Source: Candidatus Hodarchaeota archaeon (GTDB taxonomy: Archaea > Asgardarchaeota > Heimdallarchaeia > Hodarchaeales > Hodarchaeaceae). From it: DNA of 64,000 bases. Numbering within the stretch: position 1 is the first letter of the stretch; each line of letters opens with the position of its first letter. A model generated the notes under the pieces. It saw nothing but the letters and a program-made list of their open reading frames with translations, did not search any database and had not been told where the DNA came from. The stretch is from contig JAEOTM010000047.1 in NCBI GenBank assembly GCA_016839815.1, positions 1 to 64,000 on the forward strand. The letters run 5' to 3'. Below, piece by piece: positions 1 through 10,110 of this stretch. Both the position numbers and the translations under genes were made by a program.

Positions 1-334
1 ACCAAGGCTCTAAAACTTCTTGAGTTATCTGAATTCTTCGATCTGCAGCCTCTGCACCAATCTTGGTCATCTTGATATTTTTCCGTTTCCTATCTCCCTG
101 ATAATCATCAGATATCTCTACCCAATTCGCACCTTCCATCTCTTTTAAAATGGGATAGATACGATTTGCTCCAGGTTTCCACCGGCCATTTGTAATTTTT
201 TCGATTTTCTTCATCAATTCGTACCCGTTTTGGGCTTTCTTTTGTTTAAGGAGATGGAGGACGATCAAACGTAAAAATCCTTGCTTCAAACGCGATTCAA
301 AACGGTCTATACGCTCTTTTTCACTCAAAGCCAT
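1..334 (-). CDS. PadR-family transcriptional regulator (3' end runs off the window)
   Basis: Not in the ORF track. Hand translation from ATG at 334 gives MALSEKERIDRFESRLKQGFLRLIVLHLLKQKKAQNGYELMKKIEKITNGRWKPGANRIYPILKEMEGANWVEISDDYQGDRKRKNIKMTKIG..., which fits the PadR wHTH pattern (GYEL, IYPxL, RK..TxxG). Confidence 0.9.
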   Translation of the reverse strand, partial: MALSEKERIDRFESRLKQGFLRLIVLHLLKQKKAQNGYELMKKIEKITNGRWKPGANRIYPILKEMEGANWVEISDDYQGDRKRKNIKMTKIGAEAADRRIQITQEVLEPW

Positions 335-361
335 GTAAAAAACCTTTTATCTAGTGAGTTA

Positions 362-384
362 TATATACCAAATTCAGATATATC
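362..384. promoter_or_regulatory. Putative PadR operator 1 (TATATACC-AAATTCA-GATATATC)
   Basis: Two octamer boxes 15 bp apart, just upstream of the padR start and in the divergent padR/SDR promoter. Confidence 0.75.
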
Positions 385-508
385 AGAAATAAGAAGTGCT
401 TAAAATCTTTATTCAATATATTACAATATGTGTAATTTAGAACTTTCCTCAATGTCAAAATCTTCAATTTGCACATGAACCGAAGGTTATTCTTTTACAA
501 ACAAACTT

Positions 509-1342
509 ATGCTAACAAACGAGATGTATATTCAAATGATGCTAAAAGATGGAACTGTTGCCGTAGTAACAGGTGGAGCTATGGGATTGGGATTATCGAT
601 CGCAAGAGAATTTGGCCAGGCTGGAGCTAATGTTGTCCTGCTAGATATTAATGAAGAAGCACTGAGTTCAAGCGTTACACAGTTAACCAAGGAAGGAAAT
701 TCCATTATTGGATTAGTTTGTGATGTATCAAACAATATGGATGTCCAAAAGACATTTGATGACATAAACCACCGATTTGGTCGAATTGATATTCTCGTAA
801 ACAATGCTGCTATTGCCCCAGAAACTCCTTTCATGCAATGCTCTGAAGAAACCTGGGATAAAATAATGAAGGTGAACTTGAAAGGATATTTTCTCTGTGC
901 GCAAGCTGCAGTTAAACATATGCTGGCGAAGAATATACCTGGCAGAATAGTCAACCTATCATCAATTTTAGGACTTAGACCAAAAGCTCTTCTCATTGCT
1001 TATACCACAACCAAAGGGGCTATTATTAGTTTAACACATTCCATGGCCTCTGAGCTTGGAGAACATGGTATCAGAGTAAATGCCATTGCTCCAGGAATGA
1101 TTGATACACCCATGACCACAAAAGGGTTTACTCCAATGGTAAAGAAGATGATAACTAATAGTATCCCTCTCAAACGATTAGGATCTCCAAGAGAAATTGG
1201 GAAAGCAGCTCTATTTCTATGCTCAGAATATTCTTCTTTTATTAATGGTCATGTTTTGGTTGTTGACGGGGGACAGCATACTGGTATTGTATCACAAAAA
1301 AGAAGCATAGAAAGCAGCGAAAAACCAATGCATGGACTTTGA
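509..1342 (+). CDS. SDR family oxidoreductase (FabG-like)
   Basis: TGGAMGLG, NNAA, catalytic YTTTK, VNAIAPG. Confidence 0.9.
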   Translation: MLTNEMYIQMMLKDGTVAVVTGGAMGLGLSIAREFGQAGANVVLLDINEEALSSSVTQLTKEGNSIIGLVCDVSNNMDVQKTFDDINHRFGRIDILVNNAAIAPETPFMQCSEETWDKIMKVNLKGYFLCAQAAVKHMLAKNIPGRIVNLSSILGLRPKALLIAYTTTKGAIISLTHSMASELGEHGIRVNAIAPGMIDTPMTTKGFTPMVKKMITNSIPLKRLGSPREIGKAALFLCSEYSSFINGHVLVVDGGQHTGIVSQKRSIESSEKPMHGL

Positions 1343-1395
1343 ATATTGTTCTAAAAAAAGAAAAAAATGAAAGAAAAAGAGAATGAAATTTCTCT

Positions 1396-2652
1396 TTAGT
1401 TCTTCTTTCGACGACTAATAACAGCTACTCCGATCAAGGAAATAAGAAGAAAAACTGCTTCAAATCCAGGAGTACCGTCATCTTCAGTTGTAGTTGTAGG
1501 TTCTTCGTCTGTGGTAGTCAATTCAGGTTCAGTTGTAGTTGTATCCGTGGGATCAGAAGTACCGAGAAGTCTAAGTTCGGAAACTGTTCCAAAACCCATC
1601 ATTTGAATCCAGAAGTCTTTAAGATGGAATTCATCAACTAATCCATTTGTTCGATCCCAAAGCATTTTGAGCAGAGGGCCACCCATGGTTGAACCAGATT
1701 GATAACCAAAGTGTGTAGCATTGTTTGTTACTATGTAACCTTTGTAGGTGTAATAAAGTTGAAAATGGTTCCATTCGCGTGATTTAACGTAACCCATGAG
1801 CATTGTTTCATTAGAGCTAACGTCACCGAAAACGAATTTTCCATATACTGAAGTTCCCATGAAGGATGTATTTATTGCAGTGATTTCAATATAGAAAACA
1901 TCACCTTGGGAGATTTGGGAGTCAGGAGCATCTGGATATGAATATGATCCATCAGTAATAGGATTACCCTCTGAATCTTTTAGCATATCCCACTTTAGCC
2001 AAATTTTATCGCCAACAGAAGCGCCATAATCAGTAACAGATTCATATCGCTGGATTAAGATTTCACTAAGTGTACCAAAACCCATCATTTGAATCCACAT
2101 ACCAGTCATTTCCCACTCTAACATGGCACCGTCATTAGCATCCCATTTGAATCGAAGTTCTCCACCCATTAAGGTGGTGTTGTATTGAAAGTAATCTCCT
2201 GGGACATAATCGACTGTATAACCTTTGCCTTCGTAATCATTTTGCCAATAGGTCCAATTGTACTCACTAGAATTCATTGGTTTGAAATAACCTCTAAGGG
2301 TTACATTTGGGGTGGATGATCCATCAGCGAATGAGAAAATACCATATGTATAAGGAGAAGTTTCACCTGAAGTCTGGTTAATGACAGTCATGTTTATCTC
2401 GGTAATATCGAGATAAAAATGATCTCCTTCTGATATATTAGAATCAGGGGCGTCTGGATATGAATAGCTACCATCCAAAATAGGATTTCCTTCACTATCC
2501 TTCACAGATGCCCATACATATTCAAATTGATCCCCAACTTCCACATTATAGTGACCCTCATGGGCAACAGCAGCTAATGCAGTATTATCCCAAGCTAACG
2601 GTACACTTGCTAATAAGAAGCTGAGAATAAGAATTATGTTTCTTTTTTTCAT
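1396..2652 (-). CDS. Cell-anchored protein with two tandem ~160-aa repeats and a PGF-type sorting tail
   Basis: Signal peptide. Duplicated KDSEGNPIxDGSYSYPDAPDS and WIQMMGFGT blocks. Thr/Glu linker, then TPGFE + TM helix + RRKKN. Confidence 0.85.
   Translation of the reverse strand: MKKRNIILILSFLLASVPLAWDNTALAAVAHEGHYNVEVGDQFEYVWASVKDSEGNPILDGSYSYPDAPDSNISEGDHFYLDITEINMTVINQTSGETSPYTYGIFSFADGSSTPNVTLRGYFKPMNSSEYNWTYWQNDYEGKGYTVDYVPGDYFQYNTTLMGGELRFKWDANDGAMLEWEMTGMWIQMMGFGTLSEILIQRYESVTDYGASVGDKIWLKWDMLKDSEGNPITDGSYSYPDAPDSQISQGDVFYIEITAINTSFMGTSVYGKFVFGDVSSNETMLMGYVKSREWNHFQLYYTYKGYIVTNNATHFGYQSGSTMGGPLLKMLWDRTNGLVDEFHLKDFWIQMMGFGTVSELRLLGTSDPTDTTTTEPELTTTDEEPTTTTEDDGTPGFEAVFLLISLIGVAVISRRKKN
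1589..2097. repeat. 23-bp exact direct repeat CCAAAACCCATCATTTGAATCCA (1589-1611 and 2075-2097)
   Basis: Offset is 486 bp (162 codons). It encodes the WIQMMGFG motif of the two protein repeats. Confidence 0.9.
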
Positions 2653-2748
2653 TTAAAAAAACTCACCGTTTTTAATTTATTGAAATCAATTCCTAATTAG
2701 GAAATTAACTCGAGTTGTTAGTTTTTTTATTACAATTAAAAGTGTATT

Positions 2749-2771
2749 GATATATTTTCTTTGGATATATC
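2749..2771. promoter_or_regulatory. Putative PadR operator 2 (GATATATT-TTCTTTG-GATATATC)
   Basis: 15-bp period. The second box sits in the perfect palindrome TTTGGATATATCCAAA (2760-2775). Upstream of the 2652 start. Confidence 0.75.
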
Positions 2772-2791
2772 CAAATTCACAAAAATCCCTT

Positions 2792-3136
2792 TCATGATTT
2801 CTGAGTGAAGAAGATATACCCTTTTTTCTTAAGATTCAAAAGAAAAGTAGCTAAACTTGATCGGACATTATCTTTATCTTGGCCTGCGTCTTTGATTAAC
2901 ATTTTTTCTATAACTCTGACGGAGTGTGATCCGTCACATAAATCCCAGACAAATTGACCAATTTCATCAATAACAATCACTTTCTTTTCCCGTTTATGAT
3001 CAATTATGTACTTTTTCCCCGGTTCCCAGTATCCCAGAAAAACATCAGGAAGTTTTTCTGGAAATAAATGATTTAGTTGAACACTATCACTCGGAAAAAC
3101 TGATTTACTTGCTTTATGTTCAGTTTTTCTGTTCAT
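2792..3136 (-). CDS. Stand-alone PqqD-family / RiPP recognition element (RRE) protein
   Basis: VIDEIGQFVWDLCDGSHSVRVI...SLATFLLNLKKKGYI is the typical PqqD wHTH signature. Confidence 0.85.
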   Translation of the reverse strand: MNRKTEHKASKSVFPSDSVQLNHLFPEKLPDVFLGYWEPGKKYIIDHKREKKVIVIDEIGQFVWDLCDGSHSVRVIEKMLIKDAGQDKDNVRSSLATFLLNLKKKGYIFFTQKS

Positions 3137-3227
3137 TTAACATTCCCACTAAATAGCACTGAATTTGTATTGGTTAATCCTATATTTCATGATGTGAAAA
3201 GAAAACTTCCTGAGATATTATAGACTT

Positions 3228-3269
3228 TTTAGAAAAAGGAAAGAGGGTGGAAGGTGTTTTTTACTTCCA
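3228..3269 (-). terminator. Possible terminator (TGGAAG...CTTCCA hairpin followed by a U/C-rich tract)
   Basis: Inverted repeat 3248-3253/3264-3269 just after the stop at 3286. A pyrimidine tract follows on the minus strand. Confidence 0.4.
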
Positions 3270-3285
3270 AGTTGAATTACTGAAG

Positions 3286-4209
3286 TTAATTCCGTTTTCT
3301 TTTGTAAAAGAGAACCACTAGTACAGTAAATCCAAAGATTGTAAATGGGAATGCGAATCCAGGTGAGCTTTCCTCAACATATTCACCAAGAATGGATATA
3401 GAACCCCATGTCTCTTGATCACTGAAGTTTGCATCCGATGGCCAGTCTATAAAGGGACCTCCTTCAGGATTAGCATCAGGGTCATTTGTTATTGACTCAT
3501 AGAGTGTCATTGATAACCCAACAGTTAAGGGAAGAGTTGGAGCAACAACATCATCAGGAAAACCTGGATTGAAGCTCGTTAAAGGAATTTTAAATGAAAA
3601 CATTTGATGAGGATTGGCTTCGTTCCATGATGATTGAAAGAAACCCCATAGTTGCAATGGAGGGATTAATCCCTGAGGTGGCATGTTGTGACAATAAGAG
3701 ACATCGAATCCATGGACTTCGCCGTCTTCTTCGTTTATACTTGCATTATACAACACTTGTTGACTGAAGTAAACATGACTCTCTCCAAATGTAGTGAAGA
3801 AGTACATATCGGTATTAGAAGTACCTACTTTGTCATGCATCGTATCAAAAGCAATTTGAGCATAATCTAATCGTGTTTGTTCTTGTACATAGATTGAATC
3901 GGCAAGAACGTAAAGGAATGTATTATCGTGTGCGATGTAAACAAATCCACCTTCGAGAGTTCGATTTTCATAATCACTTCCTGCTTCTCCAGGATTCGGG
4001 ATTAGAGAAATCTTTGTTACATCTTCATGTTCCCATTCTGCTTGCTTGATATTTCCAACTGTGATTGAATGATTTATTGGATAAAGGTCGTAATGTGTTA
4101 CCTCTTCTTGTACAACGTCAGTTGTATTAGCAGAAACCGATGGTACACCAACTACAATTACTGATAGTACCAAAATCATAGTAAAAATGAATTTTTTCAT
4201 TTCTTTCAA
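3286..4209 (-). CDS. Cell-anchored DOMON/CBM9-like beta-sandwich protein with PGF-type tail (start may be ATG 4200)
   Basis: Signal peptide. ITVGNIKQAEW...VYIAHDNTFLYV pattern. SPGFA + TM + KRKRN. The domain call is inferred. Confidence 0.65.
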   Translation of the reverse strand: MKEMKKFIFTMILVLSVIVVGVPSVSANTTDVVQEEVTHYDLYPINHSITVGNIKQAEWEHEDVTKISLIPNPGEAGSDYENRTLEGGFVYIAHDNTFLYVLADSIYVQEQTRLDYAQIAFDTMHDKVGTSNTDMYFFTTFGESHVYFSQQVLYNASINEEDGEVHGFDVSYCHNMPPQGLIPPLQLWGFFQSSWNEANPHQMFSFKIPLTSFNPGFPDDVVAPTLPLTVGLSMTLYESITNDPDANPEGGPFIDWPSDANFSDQETWGSISILGEYVEESSPGFAFPFTIFGFTVLVVLFYKRKRN

Positions 4210-4333
4210 ATCTCCATATCTTATAGATTTTTAACTTGACAGCTGTCTTTTTAAAAAGCCTATGGATAGCCAAACATCCATATTTTGAATATAATTTGAA
4301 ACATTCAAGATTCTTATTATAAGTTTCGTTTCT

Positions 4334-4356
4334 GATATATCAGGAATTGTTATATA
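4334..4356. promoter_or_regulatory. Putative PadR operator 3 (GATATATC-AGGAATT-GTTATATA)
   Basis: In the divergent promoter between 4209(-) and 4411(+). Nearly identical to the reverse complement of operator 1. Confidence 0.78.
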
Positions 4357-4410
4357 GAAATTTACGGAAATTTATGATATTGAAATGGTCTTTGGATCTT
4401 CCAAAATATC

Positions 4411-5178
4411 TTGACAGAGATGATAATTCATATGAATGTTGACTATTCAAAGATAGAGGAAAACAAAATAGTTATTACGGCTGATAACGAAACAATTACG
4501 TATGTACGAAAGGGTTTGCCACCATCAATTTTTGATTTCTTGATTGATTACCGATTAAGGGCAATTAAAGTAATGGTAGGGGAACAAGAAGATACTGATA
4601 ATGTTTCAGTGACTTCATCAATGTTACATTCACCTCCCATGGCAACAAGAGGATCTCCTGGGTTTTTCCCAGTCAATACCGCAGCAAAGGGAATTGGATT
4701 CATCCCTCAACAAGTCCATTTGGAGAAGTGGGTCGAGAAGTATGATGCTCTAATCAATGAAGCTTTAGAAAAGGGGGAAGATACGAATCGAGAAGCTCGT
4801 TTTGGAGCTCTTCTAGATTTGTATAATTCCAAAAATGAAATTGATCCAAAAAATCTTGGTACAATAGAACTTTTCGGCTTAAGATCTTGGAGAAATATGC
4901 AACAAGATCCTAGAGTGTCAATATTGTACAATGCAAATTATAGAACTAGCTCTGGTCGTCCACAATACATTTCCTTTGAAGTACGAGGGATTGTCGAGAT
5001 AATTCCCAAGGATACTCTCCGCTGGAGATGGCAACGAAATATTCATGATTTGTTTCACCTTCGAGGTGCAAAGGAACGACGAGCTGGTGATTGGCCAGTA
5101 GCAGTATTGAACATCCATGTAACAGAAGTGATTGACAAAAGGCCATTTGGTACTGCAAGTCAGGAGATCCTCGAATGA
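4411..5178 (+). CDS. Pyridoxamine-5'-phosphate-oxidase-like (FMN split-barrel) protein
   Basis: RSWRNMQQDPRVSILY and SFEVRGIVEII resemble split-barrel motifs. Confidence 0.6.
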   Translation: MTEMIIHMNVDYSKIEENKIVITADNETITYVRKGLPPSIFDFLIDYRLRAIKVMVGEQEDTDNVSVTSSMLHSPPMATRGSPGFFPVNTAAKGIGFIPQQVHLEKWVEKYDALINEALEKGEDTNREARFGALLDLYNSKNEIDPKNLGTIELFGLRSWRNMQQDPRVSILYNANYRTSSGRPQYISFEVRGIVEIIPKDTLRWRWQRNIHDLFHLRGAKERRAGDWPVAVLNIHVTEVIDKRPFGTASQEILE

Positions 5179-5219
5179 ATCGCTTTAGCTATTAATATGA
5201 AAATAGGTGAACTTGGATT

Positions 5220-6662
5220 ATGGAAGATCGTCTTTCTGAACTAGTAGACATAGCTATGCAACATAGCTGCAATTATACCGATTGCCGTTTTGTAAAGGAT
5301 GAATATGAACTTATTGAAGCAAAAAATGGATCTCCATCTAGAGTATCTAATTCCAATCGATTTGGAATTGGTATTCGTGTATTATTCAATGGAGCGTGGG
5401 GATTTGCTTCAACTAACAAACTAGAAAAAGTAGCATTACTAAAAAGTTTGGAGACTGCAATTAAAATAGCTAAAGTAACCGCAGAAAATACTAAAGTAAG
5501 GAAAGCCCTCTCTAATGAAAGATCATACGAAGATACCTATACAACCCCTCACAAGATTGACCCATTTTCTATTGACCCAAGTGAAAAAATAGAACCATTA
5601 ACAGAAGGAACAAAGCTACTAGCAGAGCAAGATTCTCGTATACGAAACGCTACTGCTACCTTATTAAGTAGAAAGTATTTTACTGAGCTTACTACCTCTG
5701 AAGGAACCCATATTTTACAATCCTTAATTCAATGTGGCGCTTCACTCACTGGAATGCTTATGGCTGGTCCTGGTGGAATGTCCATTCGAACTAGCGAAAA
5801 CTATAAAGCTCAAGGATATGAATTTATTGATGAGTTTGATCTCGATGAACAGGCTAGTATCGTAGGTAGCGATTTGAAGATCTTAGCTGACAAAGCAGTA
5901 AAAGCACCTTCAGGAACCTATAATCTGATTCTCGAACCATCACATCTAGGTCTAGCAATACACGAAAGCGTTGGTCACCCAACTGAACTTGATCGGGTAC
6001 TTGGTAGAGAAGCAGATTTTGCAGGAACATCATTTCTTACTCCCTCACACCTGAAGGGAGGTTTCAAATACGGTTCAGAACTTGTAAACATTGTACAGGA
6101 TCCTACTTTAACACCAGCCTTAGGAACTTATGCTTATGACGATGATGGTACGAAATCGCGTCGATTATATGTGATAGAAAATGGAGAATTTAATGCATTT
6201 CAAAGTGATCGATCAACAGCCAATGAAATCGGATCATCTCGCTCTAGTGGGAATAATCGAGCTCATGGGCATGATAGACTGCCTATAAATCGCATGGCAA
6301 ACCTTTACTTAGAACCAAACACCAAATATGCTCTTTCTTCTCTGGATGAACTCCTGGAAGAAGCAAAAACAGGAGTTTATGCCCTTTATTCAAGAACTCA
6401 CTCGATTTCACCAAATCGATCCAATTTTCAATTCACAACTCAGATGGGTTATTTGATCGAGGATGGGGAACTTACTACACCATTAAAGAACGTTGTTTAT
6501 GGGAGTCGAACCTTAGATTTCTGGAGGAACTGTCTTGCAACAACTAAGTCGGTCGAAATTTTTGGAACTCCCAATTGTGGGAAAGGAAATCCAGGTCAAA
6601 CTATCTGGACCTCTCATGGGGGTAGTCATACTTTGTTTGGAGACATACGAATAGGTGCGTGA
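5220..6662 (+). CDS. tldD: TldD metalloprotease (pair 1, catalytic subunit)
   Basis: GIGIRV..GAWGFAST, HESVGH, DDDG, RMAN, C-terminal CGKG. Confidence 0.92.
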   Translation: MEDRLSELVDIAMQHSCNYTDCRFVKDEYELIEAKNGSPSRVSNSNRFGIGIRVLFNGAWGFASTNKLEKVALLKSLETAIKIAKVTAENTKVRKALSNERSYEDTYTTPHKIDPFSIDPSEKIEPLTEGTKLLAEQDSRIRNATATLLSRKYFTELTTSEGTHILQSLIQCGASLTGMLMAGPGGMSIRTSENYKAQGYEFIDEFDLDEQASIVGSDLKILADKAVKAPSGTYNLILEPSHLGLAIHESVGHPTELDRVLGREADFAGTSFLTPSHLKGGFKYGSELVNIVQDPTLTPALGTYAYDDDGTKSRRLYVIENGEFNAFQSDRSTANEIGSSRSSGNNRAHGHDRLPINRMANLYLEPNTKYALSSLDELLEEAKTGVYALYSRTHSISPNRSNFQFTTQMGYLIEDGELTTPLKNVVYGSRTLDFWRNCLATTKSVEIFGTPNCGKGNPGQTIWTSHGGSHTLFGDIRIGA

Positions 6663-8058
6663 TCAGATGAAAGATAAATTAGTCTCAAAAGAAGCGAATG
6701 AGCTTGCACAAGATATTATTAGTATTGGATTAGAACAAGGTGCTTCAGAGTTTCAGGTAAAGATTCGTGACACTTACGCAATTTATATTCGATTTGCCAA
6801 CTCAGAAATTCATCAATTCTCTACGGAAAATATTCGTGAAATTAAGCTAGTAGCTCTAATTGGTAAGAAAAAAGGATTATCTCTCGTCGTACCCACAACA
6901 GATGAAGATCTAATAAGGTCAATTAATTATCTAGTTTCTGCTACCAAGGTAAATTCAGAAGATCCAGATCAGTTATCTTTTTACTCATCAGGAAAGGAGT
7001 ATCAAGATTTAAAATTAGTAGATGAATCATTTAAATCTTGGGATCAGGAGTATATGGCTAAAATTGTTTCCAATGTAATCCAAACAGCACATCAAGTTGA
7101 TGACAGGGTTAAAAATGTCAGTGGAATGTTACAAGCAATGAACCATCAGATATTCTTGGTGAATAGTCAAGAATTAGCCCTTAAAACTAATCAAACTGAA
7201 TATTGGTACGGTGTCGATGTTCTTGCTAAAAAAGGAGGAAAATCTGGTAGAAACTCCCAAGGAGAGACAAATCGTTTCGCTAAGAATATTCCATTTAACG
7301 AACTTGCTGAAACTGCTGCAAAATATGCTATTCTGGGAATTAATCCAGTAAAGCTTGAACCAGGAGATTATCCTGCCATTTTAGATTATTATGCTGTTCT
7401 TGAACCAATTGTATTCGTCAATCTTGGGCTTAGTGGACTATTTGTCAAACAACACAGAAGCTTTCTTGCTCGAAAAATGGGAAAAAAAATATTTTCTGAA
7501 AAATTCAATTTAAAACATTCTCCTTTCTTATCATCACTGGTAACTTCGAAAGCGTTTGATGATGAAGGAATTCCAACACAAGAATTCTATTTCATTAAAG
7601 AAGGAGTCTTAGAATCACTCGCTCATAACAGATTGACAGCCTCTCAGATGGAGAAAGAGCCTAATGGATGTGGTTATGAGTCAGAACGGACATCATTTGG
7701 TATTCCGACAGCTACGCTTCTTGAACCTTCGGAAGAGATAGGTATGGAAGATTTGATACGAGAAATGGACCGTGGAATTTTAATCTCTAGATTATACTAT
7801 TCCAATTGGGCTAATCCTATGGCAGGAATTTTAACAGGTACCACAAGAAACGGATTCTTTAAAGTTGAATCAGGAGAAATAACTACCGCTCTGCATCCTA
7901 TGAGACATAGTACGTCTATTTTTGAAATGTTTGGTGAGGGAATAAGATTAGCTAACAAGGTTCACCAACCACCAATGCAAATGATGCCTGGGGTACAATC
8001 CATTATGGTTCCTGCTTTAATGTCTTCTAAAATGCATATGACTACATATTCAAACTAG
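6655..8058 (+). CDS. pmbA: TldE/PmbA subunit (pair 1)
   Basis: RFANSEI, FDDEG, TGTTRNG. Lacks HExxxH. Overlaps the tldD stop. Confidence 0.88.
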   Translation: MRDQMKDKLVSKEANELAQDIISIGLEQGASEFQVKIRDTYAIYIRFANSEIHQFSTENIREIKLVALIGKKKGLSLVVPTTDEDLIRSINYLVSATKVNSEDPDQLSFYSSGKEYQDLKLVDESFKSWDQEYMAKIVSNVIQTAHQVDDRVKNVSGMLQAMNHQIFLVNSQELALKTNQTEYWYGVDVLAKKGGKSGRNSQGETNRFAKNIPFNELAETAAKYAILGINPVKLEPGDYPAILDYYAVLEPIVFVNLGLSGLFVKQHRSFLARKMGKKIFSEKFNLKHSPFLSSLVTSKAFDDEGIPTQEFYFIKEGVLESLAHNRLTASQMEKEPNGCGYESERTSFGIPTATLLEPSEEIGMEDLIREMDRGILISRLYYSNWANPMAGILTGTTRNGFFKVESGEITTALHPMRHSTSIFEMFGEGIRLANKVHQPPMQMMPGVQSIMVPALMSSKMHMTTYSN

Positions 8059-8082
8059 TGTCAGTAAAGGGATATAATAATT

Positions 8083-8592
8083 ATGAAAGAAGCAATTATT
8101 TTAGCGATGCATGGTGCTCCTCCTAATGATTTCCCTTCCGAAGAGATGGAAGAATTCTTTCGACTCCATAGCCAGCATGAAGCATCCCCAGAGAGGTTAA
8201 GTGAGGAAGCAGAATCCCGCTTGCATGTTCTGGAAAAAAAGATGAGAGAGTGGCCACGGAATGCAAGTAATGATCCCTACTTTTACGGCTCATTAGACAT
8301 TGCAGAACAGCTTAGAAAAGTTACAGACAAATCAGTAACCGTAGGCTTTAATGAATTTTGTTCACCTACCATTCTGGAAGCGATAGAACAAATAATTAAA
8401 GAAGGAGCTAAGAAAATTATTGTTTTGACCACAATGTTAACACGTGGAGGAAATCATTCAGAAAAAGACATCCCCAAAGAAATTTCCAAGGCCAAGAAGC
8501 GGTTTCCTAAAGTTCCAATAACCTATCTCTGGCCATATGACTCTCTATCAATTGCAGAGTTTCTATCACAAGAAATTAAGAAGATTATTTAA
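8083..8592 (+). CDS. CbiX/SirB-like class II chelatase-family protein
   Basis: IILAMHG, GFNEFCSPTI, GGNHSEKDIP (two His metal ligands). Confidence 0.8.
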   Translation: MKEAIILAMHGAPPNDFPSEEMEEFFRLHSQHEASPERLSEEAESRLHVLEKKMREWPRNASNDPYFYGSLDIAEQLRKVTDKSVTVGFNEFCSPTILEAIEQIIKEGAKKIIVLTTMLTRGGNHSEKDIPKEISKAKKRFPKVPITYLWPYDSLSIAEFLSQEIKKII

Positions 8593-9329
8593 CAGATAGG
8601 GATCTGTACATCTTCTCCTGTTAACTCTAAGATCATTCTTTTCTGATCCCTGACTATTTGACCATCACGTAACCAACATATTCTGTCTGCGATGTCAATC
8701 AGTTTTAAATCATGTGTTGTATTTATTACAGTTACACCCGTCTCTCGATTTAGCTTTTTAAGCAATTCCACAATTTGAGTTCCTGTTTGAAGATCTAAAT
8801 TAGCTGTTGGTTCATCTGCAAGAATTAAACTTGGCTTATTTGCAATCGCTCGAGCTATTGCAACTCGTTGTTGTTGTCCCCCACTTAATTCTCCTGGTAA
8901 ATGGTGCATTCTGTTTTCTAAGCCAACCAATGTCAAAGCTTCCTTGGCCCGTGCACTAATTTCTTTCCTAGATTTTCCTGACAATTGTAAGGGGAATGCT
9001 ACGTTGTCTAATGCTGTTAAAGAGTCAATGAGGTTAAATGTTTGAAAAACAAATCCTATCTTAAAGACCCGAAGGGATGAAAGTTCTGGTTTATCGAGAT
9101 CAGATAGAGCTAATCCGTCAATTAAACATTCTCCTTCACTTGGTACATCCAGAGCTCCTACCATATTCAATAATGTTGTTTTTCCTGATCCAGATGGTCC
9201 CATTATGACAATGTACTCCCCTGGACTTACTTTCAGGTTGATTCCTCGTAATGCATGAACTTTTTCATCCCCAATTTCGAAATACTTGCGTAAATCTTGA
9301 ATTTGGACTGTTAATTTTGCATCTGACAT
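8589..9329 (-). CDS. ABC ATP-binding protein (LolD/MacB type)
   Basis: [27 protein letters not shown]. Confidence 0.93.
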   Translation of the reverse strand: MSDAKLTVQIQDLRKYFEIGDEKVHALRGINLKVSPGEYIVIMGPSGSGKTTLLNMVGALDVPSEGECLIDGLALSDLDKPELSSLRVFKIGFVFQTFNLIDSLTALDNVAFPLQLSGKSRKEISARAKEALTLVGLENRMHHLPGELSGGQQQRVAIARAIANKPSLILADEPTANLDLQTGTQIVELLKKLNRETGVTVINTTHDLKLIDIADRICWLRDGQIVRDQKRMILELTGEDVQIPIC

Positions 9330-9332
9330 TTC

Positions 9333-10091
9333 TTATTCTGCTCCGATTGTAGGGTCCTCACAAGCGCCTTCATCTCCCGCAAGGGTCACTTTCACATTAT
9401 GAATAGTTTCAATACGCTTGATTTTTCCATCTTCAATCCATATAATACGATCCGATACATCAATCATCTTAAGATCATGAGTAGCAGTTAGAATGGTTGT
9501 ACCTTGTTCTGTGTTTAAATCACGCAATAAAGTTATAATCTCTAATCCTGTTTCAAGGTCTAGATTTCCAGTTGGTTCATCTGCAAGAATAATAGCCGGT
9601 TCATTGACAAGTGATCGTGCAATGGCTACTCGTTGTTGCTGTCCCCCACTCAACTGAGCTGGTCGATGATCCATACGATCGCCTAATCCCACTAGTTTTA
9701 ATACTTCTTCTACTTTCTTCTGACGAGGTTCTCTAGGTTTTTTAGCAAATATCGCAGGCATCTCGACATTTTCAAATGCTGTAAGATTCGGAATTAAATT
9801 GAATGTTTGGAAAATATACCCGATTTTTCTGCAACGAAGCCATGCTAGTTCATATGCATCCAATTTAGCAATGTCAACCTCATCAATATACACTCGGCCC
9901 TTTGTTGGTTGATCTAATCCACCTACGCAATTGAAAAATGTTGTTTTTCCACTACCAGATGGTCCCATTAAACTTACATATTCTCCATGCTTGATTTGAA
10001 CAGAAATTCCTTGTAAAGCGTCAACTCTTTCTTGTCCCATAAAATATGTTCTATAGATGTCTTCTACTTTAAGCGTATACTGAAAACTCAT
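9333..10091 (-). CDS. ABC ATP-binding protein (LolD/MacB type), paralog
   Basis: [31 protein letters not shown]. Confidence 0.93.
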   Translation of the reverse strand: MSFQYTLKVEDIYRTYFMGQERVDALQGISVQIKHGEYVSLMGPSGSGKTTFFNCVGGLDQPTKGRVYIDEVDIAKLDAYELAWLRCRKIGYIFQTFNLIPNLTAFENVEMPAIFAKKPREPRQKKVEEVLKLVGLGDRMDHRPAQLSGGQQQRVAIARSLVNEPAIILADEPTGNLDLETGLEIITLLRDLNTEQGTTILTATHDLKMIDVSDRIIWIEDGKIKRIETIHNVKVTLAGDEGACEDPTIGAE

Positions 10092-10110
10092 TGTTTACAC
10101 CCAGGTTTCT

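Noticed and set aside
2792-3136. PQQ biosynthesis operon
   Set aside because: No pqqA, B, C or E homologs in the window.
3137-3285. 13-codon ORF (MKYRINQYKFSAI) upstream of the RRE gene as a precursor
   Set aside because: Too short, no supporting features, and expected by chance in AT-rich DNA.
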